Positions 38,594 to 48,720 of a stretch of 64,000 bases of DNA are shown one piece after another. The notes beneath the pieces were generated by a model. That model saw only the letters and a list, made by a program, of their open reading frames with translations. It did not search any database and was not told the DNA's origin. Numbering within the stretch: position 1 is the stretch's first letter; every line of letters begins with the position of its first letter. Made by a program: the position numbers and the translations under genes. This DNA comes from Octopus bimaculoides (Eukaryota): positions 24,168,059 through 24,232,058 of the forward strand of contig NC_068986.1 in the NCBI RefSeq assembly GCF_001194135.2, read 5' to 3'.

Positions 38594-38945
38594 TAATTAA
38601 AGAAAGAGACAGAAGATGGCAGATACGACAACCTTTATTGGTCACTATACTTGTCTCAACCCATCTAGCATCGATTCCTCGCGCGTCGGATATTATACAA
38701 GTGGCTTAGATGTATCCCCGGGTGTAGATATGTCTCCTCAGGTGGTTTAAAGTGGTATCTTGTGAAACAGTTTATTTTAACGAGATACTTCCTGAACTTG
38801 CCTGAGGAAGCACGTATACACCGAGGGATACACCTAAACTAGTTGCATAGCATCCCACCTGAGAGAGATTAATGCTAGATGGGTCGAAACAACTGTAATG
38901 AACAATAAAATGCTTGTGTCTTCCGTCTGTCGTCTTTCTAATTAA
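38594..38945. repeat. ~350-bp imperfect palindrome made of two divergent hammerhead-bearing units
   Basis: TTGTCTCAACCCATCTAGCATCGATTCCTC pairs with GAGAGATTAATGCTAGATGGGTCGAAACAA, and TAGATGTATCCCCGGGTGTAGATATGTCTCCTCAGG pairs with CCTGAGGAAGCACGTATACACCGAGGGATACACCTA. The centre is near 38770. Confidence 0.85.
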
Positions 38946-41032
38946 TCACAAACGCACACATAAACACACACACATGCACGAACACACACATACACACACA
39001 TACACGGTCGCCTGTGTTTGTATGTGTATGTATCTGTCTGCGTATGTCACTGTGTGCAGGTGGATTTTTAATAAAGAAAAAGAGGAAGACGGGCTGGTTA
39101 AGTGAGTTAATTGCTTATTTCCTTGTGTCCATAGCTGACAACTGCATATTACAGATGCCATTCAAAGTTTATGATTACGTTTTTACGCATCTGATTGTTT
39201 TCCCTTTCTCAAAATTCATCTAGTTATTATCGAAATGGCAAAGTTCCTTATTTATTCAGTTACTTGAAAAGTAGACATTTATTTATTTAATCAGTGCATC
39301 TTTAGGTATTTGGTGCTATGGGAATTTTTTTTAAGGCATGCACTGTTCTGTGTGCGCATGGATGCGCGTGGGAATTTGGATAAACCTATAACTGTTTATA
39401 TGTATATTCCACACGTATATATGATCGATCAGATGACTGTTGTTTCATCATGCTGTTAATTACAGTTAAACAAAATAAACTATGGATTCCATGCTGTTAA
39501 TAAGAGTGGAATAGCTTTATTTTTTCAAACTTGAAATTGTGTATGCTACTATAAGGTTATATTTACAAACACAATGATAAAATATGATGTAACAAGACAA
39601 ACATTCTTGAAGAACGCTGAGCTTTAAACTTTCACTAAATTATAAATATACTTGATATATTATTTGATTCTAATGGTATGTATTTCAACTAGAATTCTCT
39701 GAGATAATATATTGTAATTTGGAAAGATAAGCTTTATCTGTTGAAAATCTGTGATGGATACATTTTGAAGTAAAGACTTTGTTTATGACCGATTAAATAT
39801 TTCTATGCTGTCTTTGAAGCAAAGAAAACTAATATCTCAGCGATGTAATAACTAAGTCTATTTATTTGTCCGTAAGATATACAAGGCCTAGTTATAATTT
39901 GTGCTAGTATATCGCATTTCAACCTCGAATTGACATTCACAGAATTTGGTTGTCTAAGATGATTAAAAGAAAAAGTTCATACAAGAATAAAATAGGAGGT
40001 GAAAAGGAAACCATTAAAATTCCTTCTCAATCGATTGCTTGTATTTTCTATTTTAAAATATGAGTAGGGAAATGAGGTTGTGGGGTGGGGGGTAAGAATG
40101 ACTTACTGTTCTTCTGAAGATTTCGTTATTTTATTATGAATGTTTCTTGTGCAATATGTTTTTGAAATAACATTTTAAAAATCAAAAATATTCCACGCTC
40201 AAAAATGTGATTAGTTTTACAATACAAGAGAATTAAAAATCGAAGAACGGAATAAATTTAAAATCAATGTCTACTTTTATTAACTTTTAAAGAAATAAAC
40301 CTTTTTTTTAAAAGGATATGTATGGCAAGCAAACAGGTATTAATGACAGGGAAAAAATGACGTTAATGTTTTGGGCTTTCGCAGTTGGTACGTAATAAAC
40401 AATTATCTTCTGAAAAAGTCGTAAATTTTCTTGTTTCTATTCAACTGTTTATACACTTGAAATATGTTTTCTACAGAAGATGTTAGACAAAGAAATATAA
40501 TTGAAAAAGGAAATGTCATGTCAAATTACTTTATATTACCTCGATGAATTCCAGTTGAAATACATTTCAATATACAGCCACATACGGCTTCAGATGTATT
40601 TAGAATAAGCTGGAAGTTATAAAACACCGTGTAGTTTACAGCAAAAGTTTGCCATTGGGTTAAAATAATTTCCTTAATTCATTTCTCGCAGTTTATATGG
40701 ATGCTGGAATCGGAGGGTTGCCAGGTTTATATACTACATAGAACTAAGCTCACGAATCATGAGTTCTGGAAGCACCATATTGGACGTTTGAATGGGATTT
40801 AGAGTAAACTTCATTTAAAGTTACCCAAGACAGAATGAGAACAATTGAGTATCCTCTCATCAGCCACAAAATACTGATGATATATATGAACCAACATGGA
40901 GAGGAAATATCTTTGTTGTTTTATATGACTTTAACGTTCCGGATTATATATTTCGTAAAATAATTGTATCGTACATACGTGTGTCTGTTTGAACACGCAC
41001 ACACATATATATGTAGTAATGCAGATAGACAC

Positions 41033-41073
<41 letters not shown>

Positions 41074-42279
41074 NNNNNNNNNNNNNNNNNNNNNNNNNNN
41101 NNNNNNNNNNNNNNNNNNNNNNNNNNNNNNNNNNNNNNNNNNNNNNNNNNNNNNNNNNNNNNNNNNNNNNNNNNNNNNNNNNNNNNNNNNNNNNNNNNNN
41201 NNNNNNNNNNNNNNNNNNNNNNNNNNNNNNNNNNNNNNNNNNNNNNNNNNNNNNNNNNNNNNNNNNNNNNNNNNNNNNNNNNNNNNNNNNNNNNNNNNNN
41301 NNNNNNNNNNNNNNNNNNNNNNNNNNNNNNNNNNNNNNNNNNNNNNNNNNNNNNNNNNNNNNNNNNNNNNNNNNNNNNNNNNNNNNNNNNNNNNNNNNNN
41401 NNNNNNNNNNNNNNNNNNNNNNNNNNNNNNNNNNNNNNNNNNNNNNNNNNNNNNNNNNNNNNNNNNNNNNNNNNNNNNNNNNNNNNNNNNNNNNNNNNNN
41501 NNNNNNNNNNNNNTATATATATATATATTACTGCCTTCAAACGATATTACTCCCCTTGTGTAGCACCGGCAGCGAAAAACCACCGAGGAATGGTGAGCCA
41601 ATGAACAAGGGGCCGAACGTGACAGAAAGCGAACAAACAAACAATAGATAAATATGCAATACAGAAAGTGAACATACAAACATGAAGTAAATGTGCAATA
41701 TACAATATACGAACAAAACAGTATTGAAGACGAGACCATTAGTGGACGGACGAGGGATACAATGACGAAGACAAACAAGACGAAATGTGGACATACGAAT
41801 AAAATTAAATAAATTAACTGAATAGGGCCTTAGAGCCAGATAGGAGGCAAAAATATGGTTAACGCCGGGAGGAATATCATAAAGAATTAAATGCAGAAGG
41901 AAAACAGAGAGACAGCGAACTGTGTTGAAAGCGGGAGACGAGAGAAAATACGACCACTCGGTTCAACGGTCACCGTGAAAACTATGAGCATACAAGCTGA
42001 ACGTCTGACCTATGCCCGCAAAAACAACAATAACAGCAAGCGAAACAACCCAAGCAATATATATTGCGGTATAATCAAACTGTTTCTGATGCAGCACACA
42101 ATATTTTTGTCTCTCTCGTCATTCTCCGGAGCAACGCCTTTTTCACTTTGTTTGCTGGAGTCATGACAAACGTTTATATATTGTGAGAGGTAAGATTTTT
42201 CAAAATTAATTAAAGTAAAGGCTGCGTATTTCATTTATAAGAATTCCTTAGAAAGATTAAGAAAACGGTAAGTCGCAGC

Positions 42280-42443
42280 TTAGCCCCGCTGGCTCGAGCT
42301 GAACGGAAGCCTACGGCGTCTAGGCCGTGCTTCAGTATTTTATTAAAGGTGGCATGGAAGACAGCCAGCATATGATGGCATGACAATGGGTGGACGCCTA
42401 GATGCCGTCGGTTTCCTTTCTCAGCTCGAGCCGGCAGGGCTAA
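42280..42443. repeat. GC-rich inverted repeat (46/48-nt arms, 70-nt spacer)
   Basis: TTAGCCCCGCTGGCTCGAGCTGAACGGAAGCCTACGGCGTCTAGGC (42280-42325) versus the reverse complement of 42396-42443, TTAGCCCTGCCGGCTCGAGCTGAGAAAGGAAACCGACGGCATCTAGGC. Confidence 0.9.
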
Positions 42444-42528
42444 ACCCAGAAGACGGTAAAAACCGTGACGGTATGACAATTTTTTTCCGTTCTGTGACGG
42501 TAGGCCTCTCATTTGAAAATCCACATAC

Positions 42529-42831
42529 CGTGTCACCTTCTCAACCAGCAACTTGGTGTGTTCAGTTACCAGCCCAGTCTGCGATGCTCGTTTGGCTGAG
42601 AAAAGCAAACTGTCAAAGTATTGATCTGACTGGCTTATGGTCGAGCCTGTGGCACTGGAACCTTTGCCATTCTCGGTCCCCGGACCGTATCTCTGTTCAC
42701 TGCTGTCGGAGCATAGTTGGCTATCCGCAACTGTAAGCCCCGTGGGTCAGAGTGGCTGTTACAGCGCATCTTCCTCGCCTCACTCTAGGGCAACACCCCT
42801 TCTCTTTTGTTTGTTGTGACCATCAGGCAGT
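42529..42831 (-). other. Candidate exon of an unannotated minus-strand transcript (possibly non-coding)
   Basis: Acceptor TTCTCTCGATTTCTTGTAATTCAG| at 42831 (alternative CTTACAG| at 42730) and donor ACG|GTATGT at 42529. 42730-42529 is open: VADSQLCSD...SQSDQYFDSLLFSAKRASQTGLVTEHTKLLVEKVTR. The longer form has stops in all frames. Confidence 0.3.
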
Positions 42832-43228
42832 CTGAATTACAAGAAATCGAGAGAATGTAAGAATTTAGAAGGTTACTACATTTTACTACAGTTTTTTTCT
42901 TATTTTTTGTTATTAGTTGCTGTTTCGTGCAAAGAGAATTTTCCTATATTGAAATATGGTATCAAAATAATGTCTAAGTGAAATTAACGATCTTTGTATG
43001 TGCCTCAGTGGCTAATTTTTTATCCCACACTGCAACCCCACCTCTCTCTCTCTCTCTCTCTGCATATGTATATTATGTATGTATGTGTGTGCGTACGTGT
43101 GCAAAGGTGTAAAAGATTATACAGAAGAACGACAAAAGAACACGGAAAAATCATACACGAGATATGAACATGCTCATACATCGATCATCAGTTATCGACC
43201 AAAAATCATCAAAGCTTCGTGCCATTAT

Positions 43229-43300
<72 letters not shown>

Positions 43301-43481
43301 ATATAGATAACTTCATGTAACTCTCTTCTGTTGTTGACAGTCGGCTCCTGTTGGTGTATTAATATGGCTTCGGAGTTTCTTAGGTTACTTCTGTTGCCCT
43401 GTTTTGTCCTGATGTGTTTTGTGATCTCACAGGTCTGGCATTTTCGTAGTGTGTATTATCTGTCTGTCGAGTCACTCCGAA

Positions 43482-43843
43482 GTGGGCCCGAGGCTATAGT
43501 AGAATACACTAGAATACACAAGGCGGCGAGCTGGCAGAAACGTTAGCACGCCGGGCGAAATGATTAGCGGTATTTCGTCTGCCGCTACGTTCTGAGTTCA
43601 AATTCCGCCGAGGTCGACTTTGCCTTTCATCCTTTCGGGGTCGATTAAATAAGTACCAGTTACGCACTGCGGTCGGTATAATCGACTTAATCCGTTTGTC
43701 TGTCCTTGTTTGTCCCCTCTGTGTGTAGCCCCTGGTGGGTAGTAAAGAAATAACACTAGTCCAAGATTCCACGCAGTGGGATTGAACCAGAACTATTTGG
43801 TTGAATAGCAATCTTCTGACCACGCAGCCATGCCTGCGCCTAT
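43482..43843 (-). mobile_element. SINE family B head split by a nested family A insertion
   Basis: GGCCCGAGGCTATAGTAGAATACACTAG | insert | ACACTAGTCCAAGATTCCACGCAGTGGGATTGAACC...CCACGCAGCCATGCCTGCGCC. Confidence 0.85.
43520..43750 (+). mobile_element. Near-intact SINE family A (tRNA-derived)
   Basis: A-box-like TGGCAGAAACGTTAGC, B-box-like GAGTTCAAATTCC, core GAGGTCGACTTTGCCTTTCATCCTTTCGGGGTCGATTAAATAAGTACCAG. TSD ACACTAG at 43506-43512 and 43753-43759. Confidence 0.92.
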
Positions 43844-44772
43844 ACCCATTGCGTTTTCATTGGAGTCATATCCGTAAAAAAAATTGGAAGTCTTTTCTAA
43901 ATCCTAAGAAGCCTGCATCATCCCTCTTTCGTCAAAAATTCAATCAAGATACGTCACTTCTGCTTATAGCACATCATTTGCCTGCAATGTAGAAGAGGAA
44001 GGAGAGATCCGACAGAGAATGATCTATTCTACCAACATGTGCAATTCTATCGACCTACGTCAGTTAATTAAACAGCTGTGCTCGGTTTTTCATTACTTTC
44101 TGGACATCCCTCACACATACACAAATACATACATGCATATGTGCCTGTGCCTGTGCGTGCGTGCGTGTGTTGAGATAGAAATATATAATCTATAATTCCT
44201 TTCCATCAGAATATAACATATGTGGCTGATTACTGTAAAACTCTTGGTGGATCATTATTCAATCAGAATGATATTATATCACATACCCTGATAAAGGGAA
44301 AGGATGGCATATTAAAAACAAACACAAACAATTCTATGTCCAACGGACAGCTGCGATCTATTGATATCAGTGAAAGGTGTTACGAAATCAAAAATCATCT
44401 TTTTTTGTTCAAAACATACCCGGAATCTATTTATAGATTTTTTTCTTTATCGAATTTGAAGACATTACCGTTGCTGACTGTGCTTGTTCTCTCTTCGTTT
44501 CATTCTTCCTTCATTTATTCATTTTTTCCTTCCTTTCATTGTTTCTACCTTTGTTCGTGGTATTTATTTTCTTCATTTATTCGTTTTCTCTTTCTCCAAA
44601 TAACATTTTCTCCTTTTAATATCCTCTCACCACCTTTGTCTTGTGGCATTCGTCCTCCTGCTGCTTTTCATATTTTTCTTGTTTATATTATTGCCAATGC
44701 ATGAAGTGAGATAAATCAGGGTAAAAGAGAAAAAAAACACAACCCGGAGGAGATTATTACCAAAATTCATAC

Positions 44773-44895
44773 CTGAACATCTGCTGCATTTCTGGAATAC
44801 AATAGATGTACCTGTAAATGTGCCTTTGTTGGAGTTTCTATGATCAAGACGTTTTACTTTTTGTCTTTCAATCCAGGAGCTTGTCAGCCGGAAAG
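44773..44895 (-). other. Candidate 123-nt symmetric (phase 1-1) exon
   Basis: Long polypyrimidine acceptor TTCTTTTTTTTTTACTAGCTTTTCTCTCTGTAG| and donor CAG|GTATGA. One frame is open: FRLTSSWIERQKVKRLDHRNSNKGTFTGTSIVFQKCSRCS. No recognised homology. Confidence 0.3.
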
Positions 44896-45954
44896 CTACA
44901 GAGAGAAAAGCTAGTAAAAAAAAAAGAATAACGAAAAGAAAATACAAAGAAAAGCTTTTGATATTAGAAATTACGTTATTGTTTCTGAAGATGGAGTTAC
45001 AACAACATTTTTGTCAATCTCAATGTGTGAAATGAATTGAACTATGGTTTTGCGTGACCCTACACTCGGTACAGAGGCGGATAGAATCAAGAGCGCTGAC
45101 AACTGTTTGCTGTGTAGTAATAAGGGTCTTGGCAAAAGTGTGTTATATATCATAACGTTCTTTGTCATGAAAGATCTCGGTAAAATTAATTTTCTGTTAT
45201 GAGACTAAATTTATAATATTACATATATTCTTTTGTAAAATACCTTACAGCCATGCATTAATTTATTGCTTCACTCTAAATAATAATCCCATTTTCCTTT
45301 GCATATGAAATTATAAACAAACGGCAGCATACGTAAAGAGAGCACTTTTACACAGCGTCAGATACTGGACAACATGGTTAGAGCTTCAGGCAAAATGGTT
45401 CGCTATTTATTTACGTCATATTGTGAACTCTAAATACACCAGTCAAAATAGCATTTTCTTTCGAGACTTGGTAAAATAAGCACTGGTCAAGTGTTGGTCC
45501 ATGCAATCGGCCATACGTTCCTCCAAAATTATCACTATTTCTAAGAAGCAATATTAATATAAAATAGTTTTCAATAGGAACCTTCTCGTTTAAAGATTAA
45601 TAAGAACTGGATTATAACAGATAATTTTCCCGCATTGTTTTTACAACTTTTGTGTTTACAAAAATGCTAACGGCATATCCAGTTAGACTTCGAAAATAAG
45701 CGCAGGCTGGTAAATATTTAACACTGTAAACTAATGTAAACAGAGAGACGTTGTGTGAGAGAGTTACAGCTGTCTCGTATTGCCCGCTACTTTAGTTATA
45801 TCAAGATGTCTCTTCCAAGCTTTTTAAATCTGTTCTCGTATTAAGAAAATTTTCAACTAACTATTTCCTAGTTCGTTGCTATTCAAATAAAATCAACATA
45901 AATTGCATAATTTTCTCCTAACGTGGAAGATGTTGGTGATGATGATACTTTCAA

Positions 45955-46158
45955 ATTTTGGCACAAGGCGAACTGTTTTAGAGGGGAGGAGATAAAACGA
46001 TTACATTGACCCCAGTCTTTCACTGGTACTTAATTTATCGAACCCGAAAAGGTGAAAGGCAAAGTCGACCTCGACAGAATTAGAACTCAGAGCATAAAGA
46101 CAGACGAAATACTGATAAGCATTTTGCCCGGCGTGCTAATGACTCTGCCAGCTCGCCA
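45955..46158 (-). mobile_element. SINE family A
   Basis: GGTACTTAATTTATCGAACCCGAAAAGGTGAAAGGCAAAGTCGACCTCG...TTTTGCCCGGCGTGCTAATGACTCTGCCAGCTCGCC. Confidence 0.9.
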
Positions 46159-46160
46159 CC

Positions 46161-46646
46161 AAGGTCACAGAAAACGAGAAAGCAACCATTCTCTGGGATA
46201 TACCAATACACACAGATAGAGAAATTAAGGCAAATAGACCAGATATAGTTGTCAAAGATCATGAAGAAAAAAATGCTTTCTAATTGATGTATCAATACTA
46301 GCAGATGACAACGTTTCTCTAAAAGAAATGGAAAAATTTTCAAAATACAAAGACCTGGAAATAGAGGTAACTCGAATGTGAAATCTAATAAAAGAAATAA
46401 TTCCTCTCATAGTAGGGGCCTTAGGTATAATAAAAAAATATTCAGACAAATACATAACAAAAACACCAGGACTTACAAATATATATAACATACAGAAAAT
46501 TGCACTACTGGGCACTGCACACATCCTACGCAAAACACTTTCAATACAGTAACCATAAGAGCACCACAGCAAACCACAGCACATACCCAAGGCGCACAGA
46601 GCTGCGCTCGGTAGTGAAGTGAAAGCATGTTATAAAAATAAAACTA

Positions 46647-46650
<4 letters not shown>
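46161..46650 (+). mobile_element. R4/Dong-type LINE 3' fragment (RLE domain), family 2
   Basis: KVTENEKATILWDIPIHTDREIKANRPDIVVKD..CFLIDVSI..DDNVSLKEMEKFSKYKDLEIE..IIPLIVGALG..IQKIALLGTAHILRKTLSIQ* (PD..D..K nuclease). Stop at 46550-46552, ~100-bp 3'UTR, then a (TAA)n tail. Confidence 0.92.
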
Positions 46651-46680
<30 letters not shown>

Positions 46681-46686
46681 GATGAC

Positions 46687-46739
<53 letters not shown>

Positions 46740-46884
46740 AGGTGGTGGCTGCAGCGGCGACGACGACGACGAGAAGAAGAAGAAGAAGAAGAAGAAGAAG
46801 AAGAAGAAGAAGAAGAAGAAGAAGAAGAAGAAGAAGAAGAAGAAGAAGAAGAAGAAGAAGAAGAAGAAGAAGAAGAAGAAGAAG
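46651..46884. repeat. Compound trinucleotide array (TAA)-(GAT)-(GGT)-(GAC)-(AAG)
   Basis: Read directly from the sequence. Confidence 0.95.
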
Positions 46885-46887
46885 ATC

Positions 46888-46985
46888 AAATTTTGGCGCA
46901 AGAACAGCAATTCAGTGAAGGGGATAACTCGATTACACTCACCCCGGTGCTCAACTGGCACTTATTTTATCGACCTCAATAAAAC
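46888..46985 (-). mobile_element. SINE family A 3' fragment
   Basis: CTCGATTACACTCACCCCGGTGCTCAACTGGCACTTATTTTATCGACC. Confidence 0.55.
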
Positions 46986-47705
46986 AATAAAGAATTGCTC
47001 CATGACCAATCTCGCTGCGTGCACGTCTGTTGTGATGCCTTCCAAAAGAGCCTCATTTAAGTCTCTAACCACCATTTAAGGATTGACCCGTGAACTGAAA
47101 CTTCCAGTAGCTGAACATGCGAACTGGCACCTACGAAGACCATTTAGGTCGACTGTGTAGATCATGAATTTGTGGTCTGTGTGGCCGATGATATCAAAAA
47201 GTGGCAACATGTGCAACTGGCCTACGAATTACTCTATCTTGATACAACTAAGATGATCCGATACGTTTCGTCTATGTCTATATTGACACATTAGAGATTT
47301 TCAGTTAGTACCTGTCAGACAGCTGAAATGTTAGCAGCAGAGAATAAGCTTCATACTTTTTCATTGATGTGTTGTTGTTTCTGCTGTTGTTGTTATTGCT
47401 ACTGGTGCTACTGCCGTCACTGGTTTTTACAATTTCAGTGTTCATTTCTGCGGATAGCTGGCTCTTCTTTCCAGGGATAGAATAATCTTCGTGCGCCATG
47501 TCTCTTTTCAAAAACAAAACTCGAGAGGCCTGCTTGCTAAACAAACCCAATTTTAGCTCCTAAGGGATACAGGAGAAACGACACCGCTTCCGTATGTCCT
47601 AGTTAGTTCATCTGCAAAACGATACCAAATGTTCAATATATAATTTTGTGCAGCAATAGAAATAATAACAAACTTACAAGAGCATCGTGCAATATGTATC
47701 GATAG

Positions 47706-47706
<1 letters not shown>

Positions 47707-47767
<61 letters not shown>

Positions 47768-47783
47768 TATAATAATAATAATG

Positions 47784-47839
<56 letters not shown>

Positions 47840-47868
47840 TATAATAATAATAATGATAATAATAATAA
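47707..47868. repeat. (TAA)n microsatellite running into a gap
   Basis: Read directly from the sequence. Confidence 0.95.
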
Positions 47869-48403
47869 NNNNNNNNNNNNNNNNNNNNNNNNNNNNNNNN
47901 NNNNNNNNNNNNNNNNNNNNNNNNNNNNNNNNNNNNNNNNNNNNNNNNNNNNNNNNNNNNNNNNNNNNNNNNNNNNNNNNNNNNNNNNNNNNNNNNNNNN
48001 NNNNNNNNNNNNNNNNNNNNNNNNNNNNNNNNNNNNNNNNNNNNNNNNNNNNNNNNNNNNNNNNNNNNNNNNNNNNNNNNNNNNNNNNNNNNNNNNNNNN
48101 NNNNNNNNNNNNNNNNNNNNNNNNNNNNNNNNNNNNNNNNNNNNNNNNNNNNNNNNNNNNNNNNNNNNNNNNNNNNNNNNNNNNNNNNNNNNNNNNNNNN
48201 NNNNNNNNNNNNNNNNNNNNNNNNNNNNNNNNNNNNNNNNNNNNNNNNNNNNNNNNNNNNNNNNNNNNNNNNNNNNNNNNNNNNNNNNNNNNNNNNNNNN
48301 NNNNNNNNNNNNNNNNNNNNNNNNNNNNNNNNNNNNNNNNNNNNNNNNNNNNNNNNNNNNNNNNNNNNNNNNNNNNNNNNNNNNNNNNNNNNNNNNNNNN
48401 NNN

Positions 48404-48685
48404 ACTCGAATGTGGAATCTAAAAACAGAAAGAATTCCTATCATAGTAAGTGCCTTAGGTATAATAAAAAAATATTCAGACAAATACATAACAAAAACAG
48501 CAGGACTTACAAATATATATAACATACAGAAAATTGCACTACTGGGTACTGCACACATTCTACGCAAAACACTTTCAATACAGTAAACATAAGAGCACCA
48601 CAGCAAACCACAGCATATACCCAAGGCGCACAGAGCTGCGCTCGGTAGTGAAGTGAAAGCACGTTATAAAAATAAACTACTGAAC

Positions 48686-48717
<32 letters not shown>
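48404..48717 (+). mobile_element. Second copy of R4/Dong-type family 2 with (TAA)n tail
   Basis: TRMWNLKTERIPIIVSALGIIKKYSDKYITKTAGLTNIYNIQKIALLGTAHILRKTLSIQ*, with nearly the same 3'UTR as 46553-46650. The 5' end lies in the gap. Confidence 0.92.

Positions 48718-48720
<3 letters not shown>

Noticed and set aside
40714-40724. AGGGTTGCCAG, similar to some hAT TIRs
   Set aside because: No partner inverted end or 8-bp TSD found.
41530-41880. Purine-rich block after the gap, possibly a PLE pLTR or other repeat end
   Set aside because: No second copy in the window and no hammerhead core or ORF to classify it.
47255-47310. Minus-strand CTGAAAA...GAAACGTA hammerhead-like motif
   Set aside because: The core is mismatched and there is no stem I pairing.
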